Positions 1-8,050 of a DNA stretch of 64,000 bases are shown here, piece after piece. Every line of letters begins with the position of its first letter. The stretch's first letter is position 1. Source of the DNA: a virus; IMG/VR virus record IMGVR_UViG_3300006028_000001, positions 1 through 64,000 of that record; one strand, written 5' to 3'. The translations under genes and the position numbers were made by a program. The notes under the pieces were generated by a model. That model worked only from the letters and a program-made list of their open reading frames with translations, was not told the origin of the DNA and made no database searches.

Positions 1-2
1 GC

Positions 3-665
3 GCGCCGTACGTCGCGTCGTTCCTGCAGTTCACCGAGGACATGGGCCTGACCCCGGATTCGTGGGAGATGCTCGAAACAACCGTCCTGCACTACACCGA
101 CCAGTGGGGCGGCACTCTCGACGGGCACATCCGGTTCGACGCCACCGCCACACCGAAAGCCCGCAAGGTGTGCGCCAAGTTCGGTCTGGCCCGCCCGCTG
201 TTGACGTTCGACTCGAAGTCCCGGGAAAAGTCCACCGCGTCGTTTTGGCCGGATAACGCCAAGCAGCTCGCCGCCTACTGCCGTGGCGAGGTGGTGCTGC
301 TTGACGACGGATCCGAGGAGCCGCTGCCGCCGACCGATGGCGGCCTGGTGGTGCAGTTCCGGCCGGACGGCTACGCGTGGCGACGGGCCGACACGTCGGA
401 GCGCACCTACCGCGCGTTTCTGGCCAACAAGGAATCGGCGCTGTGGGAGATCGAATACGGCGCCGCCTCCACGCAGGTGAAGTCGTTTCCTGACCTGGAA
501 ATCCCGGACCTTCCGGCGCAACCCGCGAAGCGCGCTCGACGTACCACCAAGCAAGCACCTGCTGCAGCGAACTCTGTTCCGGCGCTGCGGGAGCGGATGG
601 GTACCGCGCTTGCCGCGCTGCCCGCCCATCCCGACTCGCCGTACGACGACGCGATTCCGTACTGA
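3..665 (+). CDS. Phage exonuclease-like protein (RecE/PD-(D/E)XK-like), 5' truncated by window edge
   Basis: Frame is open from nt 3; WGGTLDG...FDSKS...QLAAY pattern; sits upstream of a recombination gene. Confidence 0.5.
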   Translation, partial: APYVASFLQFTEDMGLTPDSWEMLETTVLHYTDQWGGTLDGHIRFDATATPKARKVCAKFGLARPLLTFDSKSREKSTASFWPDNAKQLAAYCRGEVVLLDDGSEEPLPPTDGGLVVQFRPDGYAWRRADTSERTYRAFLANKESALWEIEYGAASTQVKSFPDLEIPDLPAQPAKRARRTTKQAPAAANSVPALRERMGTALAALPAHPDSPYDDAIPY

Positions 666-679
666 CCAAGGAGAACACC

Positions 680-1861
680 TTGCCTGGCCGAATCCTGACC
701 CTCCAGAGGCAGGTCCGCGAACTGGGCCGGTTGCGCGCCGGCTGGTCCGAGCCTGTTCCCGGCAAACGCCCGAGGCCGGTCAAGTCCAAGACGTGGCTGG
801 TGACCTCGCCTTCGAAGGAGTACATCGACGCGGCGGCTGAGGCGTGGGGCGGCACCGTCGAACGGTGGAAGCCGCAGGGCGCCGGCGCCGAACAGTGGCG
901 GGTCATCACCGAGGCATCGGCCATCGACGCACTGCTGCCGCCCGGAGACCCGGTTTCGCAGGCATACGAGATGTGGTCCGGCGGCGGCTGCCAGCGGCGC
1001 TGCGACGGCGTCACGGAGCAGTTGTCGAAGAGGGACTGCCTGTGCCGGGCACAGTTCGGCGAGGACGAGTTCTACAAGCAGCCGCCGGACAAGGCGTGCC
1101 GGCCGACCACCCGACTCGGCCTGATCATTCCCGAACTGCCCGACCTGGGTATCTGGCGCATGGAAAGCCACGGCTTCTATGCGGCGAACGAGATCACCGC
1201 CATGGTCGATCTGATCAAGTCGCGGGTCGATTCGGATCTGGTGATCCCGGTGACGTTGCGAATCGAGCAGCGTTCCCGGGTGGCGCAGGGCAAGACGAAG
1301 CAGTTCACGGTGGTCACGGTTGGGCTGCGTGGGGCGACCGCTCAGCAGATCCTGGCCGGGGCGGTGCCGGCGCTCGCGCTGGACGGCGCTCCGGAACGTC
1401 CCGCGCTGGAGTCCGCCCCGGCTGGGCCGACCGTTGAGACGGCCCGGACGGCCGAGCAGTTCAAGACGCTGGCGCGGCTGGCCCGGGACCCGGAGACGAT
1501 CCGCATGTTGTGGGACCGCTCCGGCACAGTCGGGGTGCTCGATGACAGCTTGAAGTCGTTCCTGACCGCCCGGGCGGTCGATCTGGGTGCCGAGATGAAG
1601 CCCAACGGCAACGGCAAGCCAGCCACTTCCGAGGCGGTCAAGCCGGCCAGTGCCCCGCCGGCCGAACCGGTGGAGGGCGAGTTGGAGCCGGACCAGGCGT
1701 TGTTGTGGCCGGCCATCCTCGCCGAGGCCGGTGCGCGGAAGTGGTCGGCCGACGACCTGGAGAAGCGGGTGATTGCCCGGTTCGACCTGGACTCGTCGGC
1801 GATCGACGGCTGGCAGATGCAGACCTTCCTCAACGAGCTCACGAGCGGAGCGGTGACCTGA
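680..1861 (+). CDS. Recombination directionality factor-like (phiC31 gp3-like) protein
   Basis: LQRQVRELGRLRAG, QAYEMWSGGGCQRRCDG, CRPTTRL, LGIWRMESHGFYAANE motifs; AGGAG RBS. Confidence 0.7.
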   Translation: MPGRILTLQRQVRELGRLRAGWSEPVPGKRPRPVKSKTWLVTSPSKEYIDAAAEAWGGTVERWKPQGAGAEQWRVITEASAIDALLPPGDPVSQAYEMWSGGGCQRRCDGVTEQLSKRDCLCRAQFGEDEFYKQPPDKACRPTTRLGLIIPELPDLGIWRMESHGFYAANEITAMVDLIKSRVDSDLVIPVTLRIEQRSRVAQGKTKQFTVVTVGLRGATAQQILAGAVPALALDGAPERPALESAPAGPTVETARTAEQFKTLARLARDPETIRMLWDRSGTVGVLDDSLKSFLTARAVDLGAEMKPNGNGKPATSEAVKPASAPPAEPVEGELEPDQALLWPAILAEAGARKWSADDLEKRVIARFDLDSSAIDGWQMQTFLNELTSGAVT

Positions 1862-2412
1862 TGACGAAGGCACTTGTCGGCCCGGTCCCGTCGGTGCGGT
1901 TCCGCGACGGCACGAAGATTGCCTACCAGCCACCCCGCGACACAGCCGACGGCGACCGCTGGTCCAACTGCCAGGAACACCGCGTGGCGTGCGACTGCCG
2001 CGAGGCTGAGCTGGCCGAGCAGATCGCCGAACTGCGTAGCGAGCTGAAGGCGGCGCAGGATGCGGCACGTCGAATCCTGCAAGGCCACGCCACCTACGCC
2101 TACGAGAACAGCCCCACCGCCGGCGACGGCGGCCGGCCGATTGGGTGCATGTGCACGGGCTGTCAGATCGCCCGTGACGCCTACCTGCTCCGGCACTCCG
2201 AGGCCGATTCGCATGCGCGTGACCAGGTCGACGGCCTCGCCGAGGACCAGATCGCACAGGGGTGGCGGTGGAGACCGTTCTTTGGCCACGCCGGCCCGGA
2301 GTGCCTCGGCGCGCTGATCCGGTACCGCGACCAGTCCCGCTACCACGAGCACATCGTCCGCCCTGATGGGTCGCTGGTTGAGGACCCGGACCCGATTGAG
2401 GTGCCTTTCTGA
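1861..2412 (+). CDS. Hypothetical Cys-rich phage protein
   Basis: TGATG coupling to the upstream gene; CDC and CMCTGC motifs. Confidence 0.6.
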   Translation: MTKALVGPVPSVRFRDGTKIAYQPPRDTADGDRWSNCQEHRVACDCREAELAEQIAELRSELKAAQDAARRILQGHATYAYENSPTAGDGGRPIGCMCTGCQIARDAYLLRHSEADSHARDQVDGLAEDQIAQGWRWRPFFGHAGPECLGALIRYRDQSRYHEHIVRPDGSLVEDPDPIEVPF

Positions 2413-3305
2413 TGGCGAACTGGCTGACCGGCAAGTGTCTGGCGCTGGACACCGAGACTTCCGGGGTTTCGGTCCACAAGGACCGCATCGTCACCGCGAC
2501 CGCCGCGATCGTCAACCCGGATGGGACGGTTGCGTTCCAGCGGGACTGGCTGATCGCTGTCGACATCGACATACCGGCCGAGGCGACAGCCGTGCACGGG
2601 GTGACCACGGAGCACGCTCGCGAACACGGCCTGCCGACTGACGTGGCGGTCAAGGAGATCGCCAATTCGATCCGGTACGCCGTGCATTCGTCGATGCCGG
2701 TCATTGCCTTCAACTCGGTCTTCGATCTATCGATCATCAACGCCGAATGTATCCGCCGCGGCCTCGGCACCCTGGAGGAGTTCTGCGGGCGGCCCATCGC
2801 GCCCGTCGTGGACCCGCTGTGCATCGACAAGCACGTCGACCGGTACCGGCCCGGCTCCCGCAAGCTGGACGCCGTCTGCGCCCACTACGGCGTGACCCTG
2901 GAGAACGCCCACACCGCCGCCGCCGACGCGGTCGCCGCGGTACACGTGGCGCAGCGGCTGGCCGAGCGGTGCCGCATGTCGCCAGAGGCGCTACGCGCGT
3001 TGTACACCGACCGCCGGTACCCGAACGAGTTCGCTCGGGCGTTCGGGTCGCTGGGCCGGATGTCGGCCGCCGACCTGCATGCTGCGCAGGTTGTCTGGTA
3101 CCGGGAGCAGACCGACGGTCTCGGCTCGTGGTGGATGAAGCAGGCCGAGGAACTGCGCCACCTCATCGCCAAGCACACCGAGACCGGCAACGACAGCAAG
3201 CGGACGCAGGCCGAGCAGGACTTGGCCGACCTGGAGACGCGCATCGACTCCCTGGACGGGTCTTGGCCGCTGCGGATGGCATCAACCCAGGGAGCGCTGT
3301 CATGA
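2412..3305 (+). CDS. DEDDh 3'-5' exonuclease (DnaQ/epsilon-like)
   Basis: ALDTETSG (ExoI), AFNSVFD (ExoII), AHTAAADA (ExoIII). Confidence 0.9.
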   Translation: MANWLTGKCLALDTETSGVSVHKDRIVTATAAIVNPDGTVAFQRDWLIAVDIDIPAEATAVHGVTTEHAREHGLPTDVAVKEIANSIRYAVHSSMPVIAFNSVFDLSIINAECIRRGLGTLEEFCGRPIAPVVDPLCIDKHVDRYRPGSRKLDAVCAHYGVTLENAHTAAADAVAAVHVAQRLAERCRMSPEALRALYTDRRYPNEFARAFGSLGRMSAADLHAAQVVWYREQTDGLGSWWMKQAEELRHLIAKHTETGNDSKRTQAEQDLADLETRIDSLDGSWPLRMASTQGALS

Positions 3306-3529
3306 CCGGCCCGGAGCATCTGACCTGGTGTGTCAACCGCGCCATGGAGCGCGCCGACGCCGGCGGCATGGACCAGGCGTGGGTGTCGTTCACCCAGAAC
3401 CTTCGGCGGCATCCGGACACCGCGCACATCGCCGGCCACCCGATGCTGTCCATGGCGATGTGCTCCGGCGCGTTCAATGCCCCGACGGCGTTCCGCAGCT
3501 TCATCAGCGGATGGGCGGTGGCGGCGTGA
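3302..3529 (+). CDS. Hypothetical protein
   Basis: ATGA overlap with upstream gene and GTGA overlap with downstream gene. Confidence 0.6.
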   Translation: MTGPEHLTWCVNRAMERADAGGMDQAWVSFTQNLRRHPDTAHIAGHPMLSMAMCSGAFNAPTAFRSFISGWAVAA

Positions 3530-3924
3530 ACACTGCACCCGCCCGGGTCACCGTCGCCCGCAACATCCGCCGCCTACGGCAGGCCGCCGGTTGGACCCAG
3601 GATGAAGCCTGCGAGCGGCTGGCCAAACACGGCCACACATGGACCCGCAAAGCGTGGTCGCTGGCTGAACGCTCCGCCGACGACGCCCACCGGGCGCGGG
3701 CGTTCACCGCCGACGAGGTTGCCGCGCTGGCTGCCGTGTTCGAGGTGTCACCGGGTGACCTGTTCGACGCGCCCGTCACGTTCGCGCCGGCGGCCAACCG
3801 GCGCGGCGACGAACTGTGGCTGACGGCCGGCGGCACGGTCGAATGCGTCGGCGCGGACGACGCGCCGGGCGGCGACTGGGTGCGGCTGTACCGGCCGGCG
3901 AGGCAGAACGGGCCGAGCTCGTGA
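3526..3924 (+). CDS. XRE-family HTH regulator
   Basis: VARNIRRLRQAAGWTQDEACERL...WSLAER...ADEVAALAAVFEVSPGDL. Confidence 0.8.
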   Translation: MNTAPARVTVARNIRRLRQAAGWTQDEACERLAKHGHTWTRKAWSLAERSADDAHRARAFTADEVAALAAVFEVSPGDLFDAPVTFAPAANRRGDELWLTAGGTVECVGADDAPGGDWVRLYRPARQNGPSS

Positions 3925-4045
3925 CCGGCGACGACCTGCTGCGCGCCTTCCGCCGCGCCGCCGCCCTGGAGCGTCGCCGCATCCTGCGCGGCCGGCCCGC
4001 GCGACGCCGACAACTGCTGCGCATCGCGAGGAAGGTAACCGGCCG

Positions 4046-4609
4046 ATGAGCATGCAAACTGCCCTGTTCGACATTGCCGCGCCGACACCGCCGAAGAAGA
4101 CGCCGAAGCGCCGCAGACCTGCCCCGGTTGTCGAACCCGCCCCGCCGACCGTCGCCACCACCGGCCGCACCTGGGTCATCACGTTCAACGCGCCCGCGCA
4201 GATGCTGTCGGTCAACTCCGGCAACCAGCACTGGCGCCGCACCTCGCCCATCCACAAGACGTGGCGGGAGGCGATGTACCTGCACGCCAAGGCCGCCAAG
4301 CTGCCAACCGGCCTGGCGCGGGTACGGCTCGACTTTGTACTCCGCTTCCCGCGTGCGGGTCGGATAGACGCCGGCAACTACTACACGCACGTCGTGAAGC
4401 CGTGTGTCGACGGCATCGGTCCGCCGATCGACAAGATGCGCGCCGGCAAACGCATCATCGCCGTCGGCTACGGGCTGATCCCTGACGACACCGCCGAATA
4501 CCTCGACGGCCCTCATGTGGTGCTGGGCGAACCCCACCGGGACAAGGCGGCACCGTACGGCCAGGTGGTCGTCACCATCACCGATCTGTCCGGAGCCAGC
4601 AATGGCTGA
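4046..4609 (+). CDS. RusA-like Holliday junction resolvase
   Basis: MLSVN..., IDAGNY...KPCVDGI...LIPDD motifs. Confidence 0.7.
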   Translation: MSMQTALFDIAAPTPPKKTPKRRRPAPVVEPAPPTVATTGRTWVITFNAPAQMLSVNSGNQHWRRTSPIHKTWREAMYLHAKAAKLPTGLARVRLDFVLRFPRAGRIDAGNYYTHVVKPCVDGIGPPIDKMRAGKRIIAVGYGLIPDDTAEYLDGPHVVLGEPHRDKAAPYGQVVVTITDLSGASNG

Positions 4610-5066
4610 CCCATACATCGCCGCCGCCCGCAGCCGCTCCCACCTGGCCGCCCTGTGGCTGGCCAAACTGGCCACCGACGGTGTCGACATGCCGTCGCAA
4701 GTCCAGCAGTTTTTCACCTGCGACGTGCCGTACCTGCTTGCCCTCGCCCTACAGGACCGGCAGCCGACCAGTGCCTGCGAGGTGGTTGAAGCCACCCGCA
4801 CCGCGGACCTGCTCGCCCAGCTGGTCGACCTGGCCCGGCTCGCCAACGACGCCACCGAAACGTCCGCCGACCCGGCGCTGTGGCGGGCGCGGGAATCCGA
4901 CCTGCGGGAAGGGTTCGAGGCGTTGCCGCTGCGGCAGGTGCGCGCGTTGGCGGAGGTGGCGGTGCGGGCGCTGGCCGAAACCGGGTGGCCCGGCCCGGTC
5001 GCCGGCCCGAGCACCGAACAGGTGGTGCCGTGGTGGGCGCCGGAGTGGCGGGGGCCGGAACGGTGA
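4602..5066 (+). CDS. Hypothetical protein
   Basis: Coupled ORF with GGAG RBS. Confidence 0.55.
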   Translation: MADPYIAAARSRSHLAALWLAKLATDGVDMPSQVQQFFTCDVPYLLALALQDRQPTSACEVVEATRTADLLAQLVDLARLANDATETSADPALWRARESDLREGFEALPLRQVRALAEVAVRALAETGWPGPVAGPSTEQVVPWWAPEWRGPER

Positions 5067-5599
5067 CCGCCTGGACAGTGGTGGCCGCCACCGGACACCG
5101 ACCCCAGCATCTGCGGCCCGACAGCCACGAGTGGGTGCAGGCGCAGCTGCTGCGGATCGCGTTGAAGCTGCGCCGCGAATACAACACCGAGGTCGGCATC
5201 TCCGGCATGGCGCTGGGTGTCGACCAGTGGTGGGCCCGGGCGGTACTGGACGCCGAACTGGACCTGTGGTCGTACATCCCGTGTGAGCAGCAGGCCGACC
5301 GGTGGTCGGATGCCCAGCAGGCCGAATGGAAGCGGCTGCGGGCGATGGCAGTCAAGGAGCGAGTGTTCGGCGACTCCTACTCGCCACGTCTGCTGCACGC
5401 CCGCAACGACGGAATGATCGCCGACGCTGATGCGATGGTGGCGGTGCTGCGGCCCGGCAAGACGACCGGCGGCACCGCAAGCGCCGTGGAGAAGATCCGC
5501 ACCCGGCGCGTCCCGCACATCCTTGTCGACCTCGACGCCCGCACGGTACGGCTCGTCGCGTCGCCACTCTCGCTGGTCGTCGAGATTCCCGCGCGCTGA
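5063..5599 (+). CDS. YspA/DUF1273-like SLOG family protein
   Basis: ATGHRP, ISGMALGVDQWWA, LHARNDGMI, GGTASAV. Confidence 0.85.
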   Translation: MTAWTVVAATGHRPQHLRPDSHEWVQAQLLRIALKLRREYNTEVGISGMALGVDQWWARAVLDAELDLWSYIPCEQQADRWSDAQQAEWKRLRAMAVKERVFGDSYSPRLLHARNDGMIADADAMVAVLRPGKTTGGTASAVEKIRTRRVPHILVDLDARTVRLVASPLSLVVEIPAR

Positions 5600-5600
5600 C

Positions 5601-5627
5601 GCAACCTCGCCGCGGCTCGCGACGTAG
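5601..5627 (+). promoter_or_regulatory. Conserved phage promoter copy 1 (GCAAC-N17-CGTAG)
   Basis: One of 7 identically spaced copies; intergenic, upstream of an RBS. Confidence 0.75.
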
Positions 5628-5665
5628 CACACACCACGAACATCCCTCGTAGCACGGAGATTGCC

Positions 5666-5968
5666 ATGCCTGACCTTGCCGTAAGAATCGACGACCAATA
5701 CGTGCCCCTGGCCGACTGTGACTGGGTGTTTCGGGAGCCGTGCGGCTGCCCGTTCGGCGTGATGTCCGCCGTCGCCCACTCCGGCCACATCATCGCCGCC
5801 GACGAAGGGGCGGCGTGGCAGGAGTTCTACGACACAGCCCGGGAACGCAACGCCGCCCGCAAGCAGGGCGTCACAGCCGAACTGATGACCCACGAGCGGT
5901 ACGGCCGCGAGGTCATGCCGCTGATGCGCGGCGGCTCCGGTCATGCCTGCGGCAAGGCGGTGGCGTGA
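5666..5968 (+). CDS. Hypothetical protein
   Basis: GGAG RBS; PCGC motif. Confidence 0.6.
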   Translation: MPDLAVRIDDQYVPLADCDWVFREPCGCPFGVMSAVAHSGHIIAADEGAAWQEFYDTARERNAARKQGVTAELMTHERYGREVMPLMRGGSGHACGKAVA

Positions 5969-6576
5969 TGGCTGACCTGACCCTCACCGGCCCGTACTTC
6001 GAGACGTTCGCAATGGACGAGGACCACCCGACCGGCGGGGTGGGCTTCATTTGCTCCACGTGCCGCCGGGACGTGTCCACCGACCCGTGCCCCGACCACG
6101 CCCCCGTGGAGGTTCCCGGACTGGCGCTGGTCGAATGCGAGAAGACGCCGCGGCACTGGGCGTGGGTGCTCGCGTCCGACGCCAACGGCTACGGCATTCC
6201 CTGCTGGCAGTGCATCACCGAAGAGGACTCGGCGCAGCGTCGTGCAGCCGAGGACGCCCGCCACGGGCACTGGTCGCGCCGCTGGCGGTACTGGCCCGTC
6301 GCCCAGTGGACGGCGCGGCGGGCACGCAGCCTCGGCGTCATCGGCGGCTACGGCCTGGCCCTGGAGGACCGCGGCTGGCGGCTGTTCGGTGTCCGACTCA
6401 AGGGTCGCCGTGACTACATCCTCGGCGCGCCAAGGGAAACCTGGCACTGCTGGCTGATCGGCCACCATCGGCGCGGCGAACAGGTCGGCCCCGGATTCTG
6501 TGGCAAGTGCGTGCCGTGGCCGTGCTGCGGATCCATCCGGGTTGAGCACCAGCCGGGATGCCGCGACAACGCGTGA
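5968..6576 (+). CDS. Hypothetical Cys/His-rich protein
   Basis: TGATG coupling; several CxxC motifs. Confidence 0.6.
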   Translation: MADLTLTGPYFETFAMDEDHPTGGVGFICSTCRRDVSTDPCPDHAPVEVPGLALVECEKTPRHWAWVLASDANGYGIPCWQCITEEDSAQRRAAEDARHGHWSRRWRYWPVAQWTARRARSLGVIGGYGLALEDRGWRLFGVRLKGRRDYILGAPRETWHCWLIGHHRRGEQVGPGFCGKCVPWPCCGSIRVEHQPGCRDNA

Positions 6577-6580
6577 CGCC

Positions 6581-6607
6581 GCAACCTTCCGACCCACCTC
6601 GACGTAG
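6581..6607 (+). promoter_or_regulatory. Conserved phage promoter copy 2
   Basis: GCAACCTTCCGACCCACCTCGACGTAG. Confidence 0.75.
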
Positions 6608-6647
6608 CACCACATGACCCCAACCCGAACACCCTGGGGAGCCCCGC

Positions 6648-7055
6648 ATGACCCTGTACCTGTCCGACACGCGCCCCGAACCCGACACCGACCCGCAGCC
6701 CGACCCGATCGACAACGTGATCGTCGCGTGGCTGGCCGACCACGACGATCTGCCCGTCAAATACACCGACGGCACCAGCTGGTGGACCACCACGACCGCC
6801 GCCGACCGGTACGCCTGGTACGCACTCATCGAAGCCACCGGCGACGGCAAACTGCGCATCAGCGGCGCCGGACCCCGTTACGGCAGCCGCCGGCACACCG
6901 TCATCAGCGAACCCGTGGCCATGTCCGGGCGCCTCGCAACCTTCGGCGACGGAATCGTCTTCAACCAGATCCTCGGCGACGCCGTCCACGACACGCTCGC
7001 CGCCGTCACCCACGCCCACCGGGCCGCAACCCGCAGCCACCGGCGGCCGTCGTGA
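6648..7055 (+). CDS. Hypothetical protein
   Basis: GGGGAG RBS downstream of promoter copy 2. Confidence 0.6.
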   Translation: MTLYLSDTRPEPDTDPQPDPIDNVIVAWLADHDDLPVKYTDGTSWWTTTTAADRYAWYALIEATGDGKLRISGAGPRYGSRRHTVISEPVAMSGRLATFGDGIVFNQILGDAVHDTLAAVTHAHRAATRSHRRPS

Positions 7056-7255
7056 CCACCACCCTGTCCGACGCCGACCTGGACGTACTGCGGGCATACG
7101 CCGACGGCGAACACATCCCCGACATCGCCCTACGCCTCGGCGTCACCGTCGACGAAGCCGGCATCCGACTGGCCAACCTGTGCGGTGCGCACCGCGGCCA
7201 CGCCCAGGACATCGTGCACGCCCACCGCACCCGCAGCACCCGGAGCGCGCTGTGA
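7052..7255 (+). CDS. Small LuxR/GerE-like HTH protein
   Basis: TLSDADLDVLRAYADGEHIPDIALRLGVT. Confidence 0.55.
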   Translation: MTTTLSDADLDVLRAYADGEHIPDIALRLGVTVDEAGIRLANLCGAHRGHAQDIVHAHRTRSTRSAL

Positions 7256-7515
7256 CGCTGACGCCCACCTTTCAACCACCCGGCCGGCTCGTGCCGTTGG
7301 AGGAACTGTTCCCCACCGGCGACTGCCCCGAATGCGGCGGCATCGGCATTCCGCTGTACGGCCGCCGCAAAGTCGGGCCACACGGGCAGCACGTCAGACG
7401 CGGCGACCGGGTCGTCGAATCCGACACGCCCTGCGACGGGGCCGGCGGGCCAACCGCCGAAGACCTTGAGGTGCCGTCGCGGCGGCAGCAGACCAAGAAC
7501 CAACCCACCGCCTGA
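7252..7515 (+). CDS. Hypothetical Zn-ribbon protein
   Basis: GDCPECGG...H...CDG; GTGA coupling. Confidence 0.5.
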   Translation: MTLTPTFQPPGRLVPLEELFPTGDCPECGGIGIPLYGRRKVGPHGQHVRRGDRVVESDTPCDGAGGPTAEDLEVPSRRQQTKNQPTA

Positions 7516-7529
7516 AAGGACCCATCGCC

Positions 7530-7970
7530 ATGTCCCTGCCCACCTTGAGCGGCGTCGGCCGGCTCATTGACGCTCCCGAGTTGCGCTTCACAAGCACCGG
7601 AAAAGCCGTGGCCAAGGTGCGTCTGGCCTTCAACTCCCGCAGGCGCAACGACGCGGGCGAATGGGTTGACGCGGATGTGTACTTCGTCGACGGCACGGTG
7701 TGGGACAAGCACGCCGAAAACGCCGCCGAGTCACTGAACAAGGGCGACGAGGTGATCGTTACCGGGCTGCTGAAGACCCGCAAGTACGAGACGAAGGACG
7801 GCGAGAAGCGCTCCGTCACCGAACTGGCCATCCAGTCCATCGGACCCTCGCTGGCGTTCGCCACGGCCAAGCCGCAGAAGGCGCAGCGTGGCGACGGGCC
7901 GAACGGGCGCAGCGGCGGCAACCAGTGGGCCGGCGCATCCGCGGTCAGTGACGAGGAGCCGCCCTTCTAG
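7530..7970 (+). CDS. ssb: Single-stranded DNA-binding protein
   Basis: PELRFTSTGKAVA..., AENAAESLNKGDEVIVTG, acidic C-terminus DEEPPF. Confidence 0.95.
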   Translation: MSLPTLSGVGRLIDAPELRFTSTGKAVAKVRLAFNSRRRNDAGEWVDADVYFVDGTVWDKHAENAAESLNKGDEVIVTGLLKTRKYETKDGEKRSVTELAIQSIGPSLAFATAKPQKAQRGDGPNGRSGGNQWAGASAVSDEEPPF

Positions 7971-8050
7971 GCGGCACCGCACTGCAAACCCCACCGGTCG
8001 GCGCATAGGAGCAAAGACGTGACCCTCACCATCCACACAGACACGCAGTC

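Noticed and set aside
407-2863. Long antisense ORFs (e.g. 407-2863, 3776-5944, 27192-29747, 41773-43659, 60903-62915)
   Set aside because: Shadow frames of real high-GC genes; Arg/Pro/Gly-rich translations without motifs or RBS
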